The notes: a model not told the origin generated them from the letters alone. 64,000 nucleotides of DNA from Prochlorococcus sp. AG-679-M23 (GCA_003208875.1 QCUR01000006.1:64001-128000); one strand, 5' to 3'. Shown: positions 1 to 11,592, counted from the first letter of the stretch. Numbers and translations: made by a program.

Positions 1-701
1 TCTAGATCTGAACCTTTTGCAACAGCTAAATATGCACCCATTCCTAAATCTTCACATTCTTTTGCCTCTAAAATTTTTACTTCCAAACCATGATCTTTAG
101 CTATTTTAGAAGCTTGCATAGACATTTCTTGGGGCGTAAGACTATTTGGAGGGGCGGCTACAAGTCTTCTCGCTAGTTCTACACCTTCACATATTTTTTC
201 TGTATCTTCAAAGCTGATATTCTCAAGTTTTTTTAAATTCAAAAACTCTATTTCTTTAAGAACTTTCTTTTCATCTTTTTTCTTATTAAATCTATTGTCT
301 TTATAAGCAGATAATCTTGCTGACTCTGCTAATTGACTTATTTCTAGTTGCGAATTTATTAATTCCCAAGGTAGCAAGATGCTGATTTTTTCATTTTTAT
401 CAACAGTTTTTCTAATAAGATTTCCTATGGAGTTTTCTATATCACTTTTATGTAGGTCTTTCGATTTGCCAAGACCAATTATGATTAAAGTTTCTAATTT
501 TTGATCTAAAAATTCAAAGCTTAAAGTTTTTCCTTTTTCTCCTTTGAATTTTTTTTGAGTAACTCTTTGTAATAATAATTTTGGGTCAACAACAAATTTT
601 ATGTTTTCGAGTTGGCTGGCAATTTCTTCCTCTAAAACTCCAAAAATTAATGAAGCACCTTGCCAGTTATCTAGATTTTTTTGGAATGTGGAAAATTGCA
701 T
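1..701 (-). CDS. pepA: Leucyl aminopeptidase (5' part; runs off the window edge)
   Basis: Hand-translated minus strand from ATG at 701 ([13 protein letters not shown]...), with M17-family segments [14 protein letters not shown] and [12 protein letters not shown]; absent from the ORF track because truncated. Confidence 0.9.
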   Translation of the reverse strand, partial: MQFSTFQKNLDNWQGASLIFGVLEEEIASQLENIKFVVDPKLLLQRVTQKKFKGEKGKTLSFEFLDQKLETLIIIGLGKSKDLHKSDIENSIGNLIRKTVDKNEKISILLPWELINSQLEISQLAESARLSAYKDNRFNKKKDEKKVLKEIEFLNLKKLENISFEDTEKICEGVELARRLVAAPPNSLTPQEMSMQASKIAKDHGLEVKILEAKECEDLGMGAYLAVAKGSDL

Positions 702-725
702 TTTTAGAAAGGATTTAATTAACTT

Positions 726-1337
726 TTAGTTGTTTGTGAAAGTAGTTGCCCACCTATCTCGAGTTTCTTTATTAAAAGGTGGTAACCATAAATATATCAG
801 TTGCTGTTCTAATTTACGTCTTAATTTTACTTCTTTAGGAACATCTAAGAAGAAACGAATATCTTGATGACTTGAGAGGTTGTTATGAGCTAAAGCTTCT
901 TTATAGTTCATGAGGTAATTTTTACAGTCATGTTCTCCCTTCCATCTTTTATTTGCTAAATTTGTTTCTCCTATATAAAGAATTATTTTAGAACTCTCCA
1001 TCGAGTCAATTACAAAATACATTGCTGGACCATTGTGTATATATTGATTGGTTCTCCAAAAGTTCAATGATAATGGTTGAAGGGAAAACGGATCAATTTT
1101 TCTTTCAATGGAAATTCTATTTATAGGAAGACTAGTTTGGCGAAAAGTTTTATTGTTAGTATCTTTTGAAATTTTGAATTGGTGATTATGGATTCTGTTT
1201 CTCCATTCAGTTAGGATTTCACCTTTGATTTTTAGATTATTTGAGTGTTGAAAATTAATTGATGTATTTACATTTGAGCCAAATAATTCAAATTGTCTAT
1301 TTTTGTTTGAAATATTATTTACGTTGAATTTTTCCAA
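726..1337 (-). CDS. GIY-YIG-like nuclease domain protein
   Basis: AMYFVID...ILYIGET motif and C-terminal LEQQLI..W.PPFNKE; TTG start uncertain. Confidence 0.7.
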   Translation of the reverse strand: MEKFNVNNISNKNRQFELFGSNVNTSINFQHSNNLKIKGEILTEWRNRIHNHQFKISKDTNNKTFRQTSLPINRISIERKIDPFSLQPLSLNFWRTNQYIHNGPAMYFVIDSMESSKIILYIGETNLANKRWKGEHDCKNYLMNYKEALAHNNLSSHQDIRFFLDVPKEVKLRRKLEQQLIYLWLPPFNKETRDRWATTFTNN

Positions 1338-1489
1338 TATTTATGAAACATGTCTACTAAATTTAATTCTGAAATAATATAAATCAAAGAATTATTTATA
1401 AACTAAAATTTATTAATGTACTAATCAATTCAAAAGATTCTTGTTATGGTGTAATTGAGCCTTTATTCTTGCGAAGTAAACAAATAGAA

Positions 1490-1813
1490 ATGGGATTTTT
1501 TGAGTCAGACATCGTTCAAGAAGAAGCTAAAAAGCTTTTTACAGATTATCAAGAACTTATGAAACTTGGTTCTGATTATGGAAAATTTGACAGAGAAGGG
1601 AAAAAAATGTTTATAAAAAAAATGGAATCTCTAATGGATCGTTATAAGGTTTTTATGAAGAGATTTGAATTGTCAGAAGATTTTCAAGCAAAAATGACAG
1701 TAGAACAATTAAAGACACAGTTAAGTCAATTTGGGATTACTCCTGATCAAATGTTCGAACAGATGAATAAAACTTTAATAAGAATGAAGGATGAACTTGA
1801 TAAAACTTCTTAA
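1490..1813 (+). CDS. Conserved cyanobacterial protein (DUF1825-like)
   Basis: MGFFESDIVQEEAKKLF...YGKFDREGK; ATG at 1490 preferred over TTG at 1469. Confidence 0.75.
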   Translation: MGFFESDIVQEEAKKLFTDYQELMKLGSDYGKFDREGKKMFIKKMESLMDRYKVFMKRFELSEDFQAKMTVEQLKTQLSQFGITPDQMFEQMNKTLIRMKDELDKTS

Positions 1814-1832
1814 AAATAACGGTTAAAGCTTT

Positions 1833-3071
1833 ATGTCAGATAATTTAATATTGCCATCATGGCTATCAAGAGGAATAGAAGAATATTTCCCAATTAAAGG
1901 AACAGATCAAACTTTTTCGGAGATAATTGATCATGCGAAAAAAAATAATAAAAAATTAAGGGTTAAACTTGGAATCGATCCAACTGGAACAGATATTCAC
2001 CTTGGGCATAGCATATTGTTTAAAAAACTTAGGGCATTCCAAGATAATGGACATATTGCAGTTTTAATTATTGGGGATTTTACTGCTCAAATTGGAGACC
2101 CAACAGGAAAAAGTAAAACAAGAGTGCAGTTATCGGAAAAACAAGTTAAAGATAATGCAAAAACATATTTAACCCAACTAGGAATGGGTAAGCCAGCTAA
2201 TGAATCTATTTTAGATTTTGATTCAAAAGATAGAATAGAAATTAGATATAACAGTGAATGGTTAAAAGGATTAAATCTTAATTCGATAATTGAATTAATG
2301 GGGAGTGCAACAGTTAGTCAAATGCTAGCTAAGGAGGAGTTTAATAAAAGGTACACTTCACAAGTTCCAATTGCTTTGCATGAATTCTTATATCCACTAT
2401 TACAAGGTTACGATTCAGTAGTTGTTCAATCAGATATTGAGCTTGGCGGTACAGATCAGAAATTTAATATTGCAATAGGAAGAGATCTTCAAAAGCATTT
2501 TAAACAAGAACCTCAATTCGGTGTGCTGTTGCCAATTTTGACAGGTTTAGATGGAATTAAGAAGATGAGTAAATCTGAATTTAACACCGTCGGTTTGACT
2601 GATGATCCTCTTTCAATGTATTCAAAATTAGAAAAAGTACCCGATATATTAATACCTACCTATTTTGAATTACTTACTGAATTAGATTTAAGTTTTCAAG
2701 AAAACTTAAATCCTCGAGAATTACAGAGAAAAATGGCTTTAGAAGTTACTTCTTTATTCCATGGAGCTGAAGAAGCATTAAAGGCGCAATCAAACTGCGA
2801 AAAATTATTCCTTGGAGACAAAGAAAAAGTTGGAGAAATTCCAGAGATTTCATTAAAAGAAATAGTTTTTCCAGTTAAGTTCTTTTACTTGCTAAGTGCT
2901 CTTAAATTTTTCAAATCTAGTAGCGAATCCAAAAGATCTATTAAAGGTGGAGGGGTAAAAATTGATAGTCAAAAAATAATAAATCCTGATTTAGTTTTTG
3001 ATTCAAAAAATGATTTGGAAGGGAAAATATTGCAAATTGGAAAAAAAATAATTAAAAGGTTTGAGAATTAA
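1833..3071 (+). CDS. tyrS: Tyrosine--tRNA ligase
   Basis: [13 protein letters not shown] (HIGH-like) and KMSKS motifs, C-terminal S4-like region. Confidence 0.97.
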   Translation: MSDNLILPSWLSRGIEEYFPIKGTDQTFSEIIDHAKKNNKKLRVKLGIDPTGTDIHLGHSILFKKLRAFQDNGHIAVLIIGDFTAQIGDPTGKSKTRVQLSEKQVKDNAKTYLTQLGMGKPANESILDFDSKDRIEIRYNSEWLKGLNLNSIIELMGSATVSQMLAKEEFNKRYTSQVPIALHEFLYPLLQGYDSVVVQSDIELGGTDQKFNIAIGRDLQKHFKQEPQFGVLLPILTGLDGIKKMSKSEFNTVGLTDDPLSMYSKLEKVPDILIPTYFELLTELDLSFQENLNPRELQRKMALEVTSLFHGAEEALKAQSNCEKLFLGDKEKVGEIPEISLKEIVFPVKFFYLLSALKFFKSSSESKRSIKGGGVKIDSQKIINPDLVFDSKNDLEGKILQIGKKIIKRFEN

Positions 3072-3077
3072 AATTAA

Positions 3078-3797
3078 ATGAATAAAATTAATCCAGAAGA
3101 AAAAATAATTTTAGCTATTGACGGATTAGACATACATCAAGCAAAAGTCTTTCTTAAGAGTTGTCCAAATATAAAATGGGTAAAAGTTGGCTTAGAACTT
3201 TTCACTAGGGAAGGACCTAGTGTAATTAAAATTTTGAAAAATTTAAATAAAAGAATTTTCTTAGATCTTAAATTTCACGATATTCCGAATACTATGAGCG
3301 CTGCTTGTTGTGAGGTTTCCAAACTAGGAGTTGATATTATTTCTGTTCATGCTTCAGCAGGATCTAAAGCTCTTAATGAATCAAAAAAGGCATCTATAGA
3401 AGGAGCAAAAACAGCTAATGTAAATGCTCCTTATGTTATAGGGATAACTGTTTTAACTAGCTTATCTAGTAAGGAATTCCAAACTGATCTTGATAGAAAA
3501 AACTCAATTGAGGAAAATGTCATCAGGCTTGCAAAATTGTCTTTTGATGCTGGATTAGATGGATGCGTTTGTTCCCCTTTGGAGGCAAAAATATTGAGAT
3601 CAATGTATAAAAATAATTTCGAATTAATTACACCTGGTATAAGGACAAATATTCAAAAAAAAGATGATCAAAATAGAATAATGACTCCTTATGAAGCAAT
3701 AAGTAATGGAGCTTCTAAATTGGTTATTGGAAGAGCTATCACGAAAGCTAAAGATCCCAATAAGGCTTTTTTGGATATCTGCGAGTCTATTTGTTAA
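3078..3797 (+). CDS. pyrF: Orotidine-5'-phosphate decarboxylase
   Basis: [12 protein letters not shown] signature, TPGIR, DDQ.R, VIGRAIT. Confidence 0.97.
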   Translation: MNKINPEEKIILAIDGLDIHQAKVFLKSCPNIKWVKVGLELFTREGPSVIKILKNLNKRIFLDLKFHDIPNTMSAACCEVSKLGVDIISVHASAGSKALNESKKASIEGAKTANVNAPYVIGITVLTSLSSKEFQTDLDRKNSIEENVIRLAKLSFDAGLDGCVCSPLEAKILRSMYKNNFELITPGIRTNIQKKDDQNRIMTPYEAISNGASKLVIGRAITKAKDPNKAFLDICESIC

Positions 3798-4383
3798 TAT
3801 CATTTATCTTTGATTCTTCTCCTATAAGTAATCGTCTAATATTTGTTCTATGTTTCCAAATAACTAATATTGATACAACTAAACTAATCAAGAAGTAAGG
3901 ATGATTAGTAGATCCAATATCCAAAAACATCAAAAATGGTAAAAAAATTGCAGCTGAGATACTAGATAAAGAGACTATCTTAGATTTTGCAAGAATTATT
4001 AAAAAAATTCCCAATGATGCAAATCCTACTTTCCAAGAAAGAGCAATAAACATTCCTAAACCTGTAGCTACTGCCTTCCCACCTCTTCCTTTTAACCATA
4101 TTGGCCATATATGTCCCGAAATAGCAGCAATCCCTGCTAAAACTTCAAATAAGTTTTGATTTGTATAATATTGAGCAATTTTAACAGCAATAAGACCTTT
4201 GCCTACATCAATAATAAAAACAAAAAAAGCAGGCCATTTTCCCACATTTCTTAAAACATTCGTTGCCCCGGTTGATCCAGATCCTGTAAGTCTTAAATCA
4301 ATATTTTTTAGAAATTTACCAAATAAGAATCCTGTTGGCAGTGATCCCAAAAAATAACTTATAGAAATAATTAAAATATGCAT
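3787..4383 (-). CDS. plsY: Glycerol-3-phosphate acyltransferase
   Basis: [19 protein letters not shown] and HRTNI motifs; hydrophobic. Confidence 0.95.
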   Translation of the reverse strand: MHILIISISYFLGSLPTGFLFGKFLKNIDLRLTGSGSTGATNVLRNVGKWPAFFVFIIDVGKGLIAVKIAQYYTNQNLFEVLAGIAAISGHIWPIWLKGRGGKAVATGLGMFIALSWKVGFASLGIFLIILAKSKIVSLSSISAAIFLPFLMFLDIGSTNHPYFLISLVVSILVIWKHRTNIRRLLIGEESKINDINK

Positions 4384-4388
4384 AGAAG

Positions 4389-5399
4389 TTAATTTAGTTC
4401 AAGATCATCAAAAATTTCATCATTTGAGCCTGCGAAAGCAAGCCATAATGGAAATTGAAGAATTGGTATTTCTATAGATGTTTCAGCTGCATCCACAATA
4501 ATAAATGGCAATTCTTCATTAGCCTCTAATCTGTCCGCTCTTTCTATAACGCCTTCTGGCCTTTCAAAAAGAACAATGCCGCTATTGGGTCCAAAATCAT
4601 CTCTTGTAAGACCTAAGGAATCTTGTAAAACTCTCCTCCACTCTCCTAACCTCTCAGGCTGAGAAGCCAATATTAGAGTTTGAAACTGGTCACCATACAA
4701 TTCACCAAGAATAGCTATTAATCCAGCAGATAATAAAGCATTTTTTTGCCTAGAACCTCTGCTCTCTAGGGATCCCCTCCCACCCATATTAAAAAACCAA
4801 TCATCCATGACTTCAATATCTGATGAATCAAGGCTTCGTCTTAATTTCCACGGTTCTGAATAAAAATCAGGCTGTTCTATAAAATTTGAGAAACAACTTC
4901 TAATGAGTTGTTCATCTGGTTTAAATGTTTCAGATAAGGCAGGAACGGTAAGCAATTCATTTTTGTTTGAAGCCTCTTTTTTTTCGTCAAGAGGAGAAGG
5001 CTTAACAACTATTGGTTGTGAAACTAATTCTAGTTTTTCTACATTTTGTGAAAGGTTCTGTAAAGAGCCCGTTAAATATTCTTGGAATCCCTTTACTCTT
5101 TTAGCGATATTATCTGATTGACCCTTGAAATTTGATTCAATATCTTTATCTAATTCATTTTTTTTTGTTTCTAAATCTTTTATCTCTTTAACTAAAGAGA
5201 TTTTTTTTGAAATAAGTTCGCTAAAGATTTCATTTGAAATATCATCTATAGATTTATTAGGTTTTTTGCTTACAGAAGTTACCTTATTATTTTTAATAGT
5301 TTTATTTTTGATTATCTCATTATCTTTTGCTTTTGAAGTTGATTTATTGATTATTGATTCCTTATCAGGATTATTATTAGAAATTTTAGTATTAGTCAT
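4389..5399 (-). CDS. Conserved cyanobacterial protein (DUF3086-like)
   Basis: Coiled-coil N-terminus, RVKGFQEYL and LGL.R.DFGP..GIVLFER; typical position next to plsY. Confidence 0.75.
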   Translation of the reverse strand: MTNTKISNNNPDKESIINKSTSKAKDNEIIKNKTIKNNKVTSVSKKPNKSIDDISNEIFSELISKKISLVKEIKDLETKKNELDKDIESNFKGQSDNIAKRVKGFQEYLTGSLQNLSQNVEKLELVSQPIVVKPSPLDEKKEASNKNELLTVPALSETFKPDEQLIRSCFSNFIEQPDFYSEPWKLRRSLDSSDIEVMDDWFFNMGGRGSLESRGSRQKNALLSAGLIAILGELYGDQFQTLILASQPERLGEWRRVLQDSLGLTRDDFGPNSGIVLFERPEGVIERADRLEANEELPFIIVDAAETSIEIPILQFPLWLAFAGSNDEIFDDLELN

Positions 5400-5433
5400 T
5401 TAATTAAATTTGTAATTAATCAAAAATTTATTT

Positions 5434-5850
5434 TTAAGGGTTTTTAATTTCCAGAGATTCAACTTTCTTAATAAGTTCGTTTTTTAGTTGCTCTGGATTA
5501 AATAGTATAGGTAATAAATGAGGGCTAGACTTTTCTCTAAAGTAAAAAATACCGGGAATTATGGGAAAAAAGAATTTCCAAGAGATCCAATTTTTAAATG
5601 GAAAGGTTCTAATTTCTTTCCCAAGTTGCAAAACTACAAAATCTTCATTAGTGATTTTTATTCTTAAAGTAAATGATTGAAGCAATAAAAAAAAGCTAAA
5701 TGCAGCAAATACTATTGTGGGCCAATAACCAATATTTAGAAATAGGAGCATAAAACTTAAAATTATTAGGATTATTGGTAATTGAAAAGATGGAGAGATG
5801 GTTACTGGCTCAGTTAGCTTTGATTTAGTATTAAACATCGATTTATCCAA
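5434..5850 (-). CDS. Membrane protein (DUF3119-like)
   Basis: Two TM segments and FYFRE..SPHLLPILF motif. Confidence 0.7.
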   Translation of the reverse strand: MDKSMFNTKSKLTEPVTISPSFQLPIILIILSFMLLFLNIGYWPTIVFAAFSFFLLLQSFTLRIKITNEDFVVLQLGKEIRTFPFKNWISWKFFFPIIPGIFYFREKSSPHLLPILFNPEQLKNELIKKVESLEIKNP

Positions 5851-6598
5851 ATAATATTTGTGTTAGAACTACATCCATTAAAGATACAGTAACAAGAGTC
5901 ATTACCACAGCACCTGTTGTACTTGTTCCTACTTCTTTTGGGCCTCCCTTAGTAGTAAGGCCATATCCGCAGGCAATAATTGATATTAGTAATCCGAAAA
6001 CAACGGATTTAATTATCATGGATGATAAGTCTGAACTAGTTAAGCTTACATTACCAGAACGAACAGAGTTCCAAAAAACAATGGGAGGAACTTTATAAAA
6101 AATTGTGCTCCAGATTTGCCCACTCCATAAAGCAACTGATAAAAATAAAAGACATTGTATTGGTGACATAATTATCATGGAAAGTAATCTTGGAACTACT
6201 AAATATTGAATTGGTTCAGTTCTTAACATTGTTATAGCTTCTATTTGTTCTGTAACTTTCATCGTTCCAAGTTGAGCTGCATATGCAGTAGCGACTTTGC
6301 CAGTCATTAAAGTAGCAGTTAGGAGAGGAGCCATTTCTCTTGCCATCCCTACAGCTAGTAAGCCCCCTATTTCACTTGAAACCCCCATGCTTGTTAGTTG
6401 GGAAGCTACCTGAATATTAAAAACTGTACCTGCCGCAATGCCTGTAATTAATACAATGAGCAAACTTCCGGGACCTGATTCCATAAGCTGTTCAAAAAGA
6501 TCGTTTTTTGAAATTTTACCTCTAAAGATATAGTTAATTGCTTGTCCTCCAATTACGAGGCTGCTTAAAAGTCTTTTAAAAAACTTTGGATAGTACAT
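5843..6598 (-). CDS. MlaE/Ycf63-family ABC transporter permease
   Basis: REMAPLLTA, AQLGTMKVTEQIEA, GGPKEVG.STT motifs. Confidence 0.92.
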   Translation of the reverse strand: MYYPKFFKRLLSSLVIGGQAINYIFRGKISKNDLFEQLMESGPGSLLIVLITGIAAGTVFNIQVASQLTSMGVSSEIGGLLAVGMAREMAPLLTATLMTGKVATAYAAQLGTMKVTEQIEAITMLRTEPIQYLVVPRLLSMIIMSPIQCLLFLSVALWSGQIWSTIFYKVPPIVFWNSVRSGNVSLTSSDLSSMIIKSVVFGLLISIIACGYGLTTKGGPKEVGTSTTGAVVMTLVTVSLMDVVLTQILFG

Positions 6599-6607
6599 GT
6601 TTTTATA

Positions 6608-8005
6608 TTAATTGGTTAATAATTTTTGATCCCACTTTCGCATTATAAATAGTCCAACTATTACTAACAAAGAAGGTATAAGGCCAATACATAACCTAAT
6701 GGTTAATTGAGCTAAAGATGATTGTTCAATAATATTTAAAGTAGAATTGTTCACATAACATGATTGATAACCAGATATATATAGTAATAAACCTAATACT
6801 TGAACACTTAGTCCAATGCCAATTTTCTGAATAAGAACCATCCAAGCAGTATAAAGGCCTGCTGGTTTTTCTGGGTCTTCATCAATTGCATCAGGAAGTA
6901 GTGACCAAGGTATTAAATACGCGGTTGAAGCTCCTATTCCAATTAAACAGATTATGACAATCAAAATTATGAAAAGGATAAGGTTATCAAAATTAAGTAA
7001 AAAGCCATCTTCTATAGAAGAAACTTTTGATAGAGAAGGCAAAAATAATGCTGCTGTACAAGAAACAATCCAAATAATTGCACCGTAGTTTAAAGCTGAA
7101 ATTCTGTTCAACTTATTTGAAACTCTTGCCCATATTTGTAATCCTATTAGGGCACTTATTTGGAATGGTATTGGAACCCAGTTAGCAATTTCTGAAGGCA
7201 CATTAAGAACATCCTCTACATAAATTAACGCGACTGTTTGCATTAACTGCAAGGCACACCAAAGTAAAATATAAAGAGAAATTACTTTAAGAAATTTTTT
7301 GTTATTAAATATTCTTTTGAATTGAAGTTTAATTGGTTCCGTTTTCCCAGATGGCCGTCTAGCTTTTTTTGCATATGGGGCTAGTCCCCAGCAAGATAAT
7401 AAGGTTGTTATTACTGCTATAAAACCGCTAATTTTGCCCATCACAAAATATTCGTTATTAGCTATTCCTTCTGAATTTAAAACCACTCCAGCTATTATTA
7501 AACCAGTTAAACCAGCTATTATTGAGCCTGTAAATCTTGCGGCATTTAACCTAGTTCTTATTGAAGTTTTTTCTGAGATTTCTGTAGATAGAGCTGCGAA
7601 AGGAAGATTAATACTTGTATAAGCAGTCATTACTATTATTGAAATCAAAGTATAGTAAATTGTTCGGTTTATTACAGGACCTGTGGGGATCCACCAAATT
7701 GCTGCCAAAGAAATCCCTAGAGGCACTGCAGCAATTAGCATCCAAGGTATCCTTGGCCCCCATTTCGATTTTGTCCTATCACTTAACCATCCTATTAATG
7801 GATCGTTTATTGCATCCCATATTTTTATCAACATTAGTAATGAACCTGCAATTAAAACCGGTAAACCTGCCGAACAAATAAAGAATCTAAAAAGGAAGAA
7901 GCCAAATTGTGTGGCGGCTAGACCTGTGCCTGCATCTCCAAGTCCATATGAGAGCATTAATCTTGTTCTTGATCCGGTTATATTTTTTGAGTGTGAATTT
8001 TCCAA
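6608..8005 (-). CDS. GPH/MelB-family MFS sugar:cation symporter
   Basis: DAINDPLIGWLSDRT.S.WG.R.PW motif, about 12 TM segments. Confidence 0.9.
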   Translation of the reverse strand: MENSHSKNITGSRTRLMLSYGLGDAGTGLAATQFGFFLFRFFICSAGLPVLIAGSLLMLIKIWDAINDPLIGWLSDRTKSKWGPRIPWMLIAAVPLGISLAAIWWIPTGPVINRTIYYTLISIIVMTAYTSINLPFAALSTEISEKTSIRTRLNAARFTGSIIAGLTGLIIAGVVLNSEGIANNEYFVMGKISGFIAVITTLLSCWGLAPYAKKARRPSGKTEPIKLQFKRIFNNKKFLKVISLYILLWCALQLMQTVALIYVEDVLNVPSEIANWVPIPFQISALIGLQIWARVSNKLNRISALNYGAIIWIVSCTAALFLPSLSKVSSIEDGFLLNFDNLILFIILIVIICLIGIGASTAYLIPWSLLPDAIDEDPEKPAGLYTAWMVLIQKIGIGLSVQVLGLLLYISGYQSCYVNNSTLNIIEQSSLAQLTIRLCIGLIPSLLVIVGLFIMRKWDQKLLTN

Positions 8006-8066
8006 TCTTTTTACTTTGTTGATTGTTTGGTAATGTATTATTGCAAAGGTAATTCTATTACTTTTT

Positions 8067-8137
8067 GCGGGCGTGGTTTAGTGGTAAAACCTCAGCCTTC
8101 CAAGCTGAAGATGCGGGTTCGATTCCCGCCGCCCGCT
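8067..8137 (+). tRNA. tRNA-Gly (TCC)
   Basis: GCGGGCG acceptor stem, anticodon loop CT-TCC-AA, GGTTCGATTCC T-loop; CCA not encoded. Confidence 0.96.
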
Positions 8138-8138
8138 T

Positions 8139-10172
8139 TTAGATTATATTATTTTTTGTTCCAAATACTTCTTCTGAAATAATTAACACAGAGCTCCTAT
8201 CATCTACTTTTATAAAAGTATCAGTAATGGGGATAGGCTTAGTAGTTTGAGAATGATTAGTATCAATAATTTTGAGCCATTTACTTTTAGATTTTGGTAA
8301 ATAAAAATCAATGCTTTTTGTATATGCATTTAAGCCAGCCCAAATTAAAGGATTATTTTCACCTTTATTTATGCTTAATGCAACTGTATGTGACCAACTA
8401 CTCCAATCTGGAGTTTCTAACTTTGGACCATGCCAATAATAATTGGCTAAATTCTCAATTTCTTTTTTATTTGTTGAAGAAATAGGATTAAAAAAATTAA
8501 TAAATTTTTTTCTTATTTTTATTAAATACTTTAGATAATTTAATAGTTCTAAATCTTGTTGATTTTCATCCCAATTCATCCAACCTAAAGAATTGTTTTG
8601 GCACCAAGAATTATTATTACCGCCTTGAGATCTTCCGATTTCATCACCCATTAGCAACATAGGGACTCCTCTTGAAATGAATAAACTTAACAGTAAATTT
8701 TTTTGTTGCCGCTTTCTTAATTTTTTAATAGATAAGTCTGATGTAGGTCCTTCCACTCCATGATTCCATGAATTGTTATGGTTATCTCCATCTCTATTTT
8801 GCTCTTTATTTGCGAAATTATGTTTTTTGTTAAAGGTAACTAAATCCTTTAGTGTAAATCCATCGTGTGAAGTTATGAAATTTATAGACTTTGGTAAGAA
8901 ATTATTTTCTTTGTAATGTGATGGACTACCTTTGATTTTGTCACTCATATTCCAAGCGGTATCTTTATCCCCTTTCCAAAATCTTCTTAAGTCATCTCTG
9001 AAATGCCCATTCCATGTAAACGTTTTCTTAGACGGGAAATCATTTAATTTATATAATCCTCCACAATCCCAAGGCTCACTAATAAATTTGATATCGGCAA
9101 GTTCAGGATCACATTCAATATCTTCAAAAATTGGTGGATTATCAAGAGGGGTGAGATCTTCACCTCTTGACAAGGCAATACCTAAATCAAATCTAAAACC
9201 ATCAACGCCTAATTCATTTACCCAACATTTTAATGACTCTAATATTAATTTTCTAACTAACCCTCTATTTGCTGCTATTGTATTCCCACATCCAGAGACA
9301 TCCTGATAATTTTTATCTTTGTCGATGAAATAATAAAGATTTTCATCTATCCCTTTCCAAGATATAGCAGGTCCTTGATAATCTCCTTCAGAGGTATGGT
9401 TATAAACTACATCTAAAATGACTTCAATGTTTGCTTTATGGCATTCTTCCACAAATTTTCTAAATTCCTCTCTATTTTCCTTGGCAGTATTATTAGAAAG
9501 ATATTGAAAATGTGGAGTAAACCAGTTAATAGGACTATATCCCCAGAAATTTTCTAATCCATTAGGAGCATCATTTGGGTCAAAACAAAATACCGGAAGT
9601 AATTCAATACTTGTTATGCCAAGTTTTTTAAGATATGGAATTTTTTTTAAAAATTTTTTAAAACAACTTTCTTCTTCATTAAAGTATTGAGTAAATGCTT
9701 TGATATGCAACTCATAAATAATAGTTTCTTTCCATGAGTGTTTAGGTCTAGGGAAATCTTTAAAATTAAAAGATTTCCTATCACAAACAACACTTTTAAG
9801 ACAACAATCCATGTTATCTATATTGTTGAGTGCATTTTTTCTTTTGTAATTACTCCATCCAGTAATGCCTCTTGAGCAAGGATCTATGAGAACAGTTTTA
9901 GAATAATTTTTATTTGGTCCATTATCATTCTGTTTTACTCTAAAGGCATAGATTGAACCCTCTTTGAGATTATTTATTTCAGCATGCCAATAAGAACCAG
10001 TCTTATGACTATGATCTAACTTAAAGATTGTATTTGGAGCAACTGAATCTTCTTTCTCAAATAATAAAATTTCTATATATTCCGCATTTGAAGCGATTAA
10101 AGAGAAATTGACACCTTCTGAAGTTATTGAACTACCCAGAGGCAATGGTTTTCCTACCTTTATATCATTCAC
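8139..10172 (-). CDS. glgX: Glycogen debranching enzyme / isoamylase
   Basis: GH13 motifs DVVYNH, GFRFDL, EPWD, FITSHDGFTL. Confidence 0.95.
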   Translation of the reverse strand: MNDIKVGKPLPLGSSITSEGVNFSLIASNAEYIEILLFEKEDSVAPNTIFKLDHSHKTGSYWHAEINNLKEGSIYAFRVKQNDNGPNKNYSKTVLIDPCSRGITGWSNYKRKNALNNIDNMDCCLKSVVCDRKSFNFKDFPRPKHSWKETIIYELHIKAFTQYFNEEESCFKKFLKKIPYLKKLGITSIELLPVFCFDPNDAPNGLENFWGYSPINWFTPHFQYLSNNTAKENREEFRKFVEECHKANIEVILDVVYNHTSEGDYQGPAISWKGIDENLYYFIDKDKNYQDVSGCGNTIAANRGLVRKLILESLKCWVNELGVDGFRFDLGIALSRGEDLTPLDNPPIFEDIECDPELADIKFISEPWDCGGLYKLNDFPSKKTFTWNGHFRDDLRRFWKGDKDTAWNMSDKIKGSPSHYKENNFLPKSINFITSHDGFTLKDLVTFNKKHNFANKEQNRDGDNHNNSWNHGVEGPTSDLSIKKLRKRQQKNLLLSLFISRGVPMLLMGDEIGRSQGGNNNSWCQNNSLGWMNWDENQQDLELLNYLKYLIKIRKKFINFFNPISSTNKKEIENLANYYWHGPKLETPDWSSWSHTVALSINKGENNPLIWAGLNAYTKSIDFYLPKSKSKWLKIIDTNHSQTTKPIPITDTFIKVDDRSSVLIISEEVFGTKNNII

Positions 10173-10804
10173 TGTTTCTTTATTTCTTTAATTTTTTTTA
10201 TAAATGAACTAATTTAAGTAAATAATTCACTTTCAGAATCATAAGTGCAAAATTAAAAAAAAAGAATCAAATTTGATGTTTCACTCATCAATATTCTTAA
10301 ATTTAAAAAATTTAATATTACTAATTTAATGTCCTTTTTTTTGTTTTATATTTATAGACAAAAAGTTCAAAACCTCGTTTCAAACCTAATACGCTACTGA
10401 ACTTTTTTACTTTTAAAATGGAAAAAATATTCTCTTCATGTGCTGAGAAGAAAATATATCTGAAATTTAATAAAAAATAATAAATATTTGAAATTCTTAA
10501 ATTGATTACTTTTAAATATAAATTTTTTTATAATTAGAAAATAAACTTTTCTAAAGAAAACTAGTTACTGCAAGAGTTTTGCCCCTTCATTTTGGCTAAA
10601 GTAAATCTAAGTGCTTATAAAAATCTAAGATATAACAATATTGTTGAATAGCTAAAAATGTCATTAAATTTTGTATAAAGCTTTGCGCCGCCGGCATTTT
10701 TGGTTGCCGTATTTGTATTTGCTCCATATGATATGCAAGTTCGAGGTAATTAGACTTGATTTTAAAACTCTTGTCTTTCAAATCTCTGCTATACAAACAA
10801 TTCA

Positions 10805-11080
10805 ATGAACAAAGCTGATTTAGTAAATCTTGTAGCTGCTCGTACTGAGCTTACAAAAACAGATGTATCTTTAGTTGTTGATGCAGCTATTGAAACTATT
10901 GTTGATTCAGTAGTGGAAGGCAAAAAAGTCTCCATACTGGGATTTGGTTCTTTTGAACCAAGGGACCGTTCTGCTAGACAGGGCTTAAATCCTAAAACTG
11001 GGGAAAAAATTGCTATTCCCGCGAAAAGAGTTCCTACATTCTCAGCAGGAAAACTATTTAAGGATAGAGTACAGGGCTAA
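10805..11080 (+). CDS. hup: DNA-binding protein HU
   Basis: MNKADLV...GFGSF...R.G.NPKTGEKI.IPA signature. Confidence 0.97.
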   Translation: MNKADLVNLVAARTELTKTDVSLVVDAAIETIVDSVVEGKKVSILGFGSFEPRDRSARQGLNPKTGEKIAIPAKRVPTFSAGKLFKDRVQG

Positions 11081-11110
11081 CATTCTAATAGCTTAATTTG
11101 TCCTTAATTT

Positions 11111-11137
11111 AGGTGCTCTTTTTGAGCACCTTTTTTT
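11111..11137 (+). terminator. Rho-independent terminator after HU
   Basis: AGGTGCTC-TTTTT-GAGCACCT stem-loop followed by a T-run. Confidence 0.88.
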
Positions 11138-11208
11138 ATAAAGAAAAAATGGTTGATAATTTTTTTATACTATTTTTAACATGATTTTATTAGGAGGGTT
11201 TTTACTTT

Positions 11209-11538
11209 TTGACTCTTTTTAGTTATAAGAAATTCATATGTTTCTCACTACCTGTATTAGTTTTATTCTTAAATCCTATTTTTGCCGAACAATTATTAAC
11301 TAAATCGGAAATTTCAAGAAAAGCAAATAAATGCTTTAAAGATTTGCAATATAAAGTATGTAGTAACTTATTATTGGAAATTGAGAAAATACAGTTAGTT
11401 GAGTCTGAACAAAAAAAATATAAATGTCAGGCAAGTATTCTTGGGTTGCAGACAGAACTTATTGAAGCTTATTACTTTAGAAAGTTAAAGAAAAATAAAA
11501 ATGGAATGATGCTTCCATATGTGAATAAAAATTGTTAA
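11209..11538 (+). CDS. Hypothetical secreted Cys-containing protein
   Basis: Signal-peptide-like N-terminus, four Cys in the mature part; TTG start. Confidence 0.6.
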   Translation: MTLFSYKKFICFSLPVLVLFLNPIFAEQLLTKSEISRKANKCFKDLQYKVCSNLLLEIEKIQLVESEQKKYKCQASILGLQTELIEAYYFRKLKKNKNGMMLPYVNKNC

Positions 11539-11592
11539 TTCTTGAGAAAAATTTTAAATTTAGAATAATATTAACTTGTTATAAGGGTTTTA

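Noticed and set aside
10596..10805. 69-aa minus-strand ORF upstream of HU
   Set aside because: No recognisable features and it lies antisense to the HU leader; probably chance.
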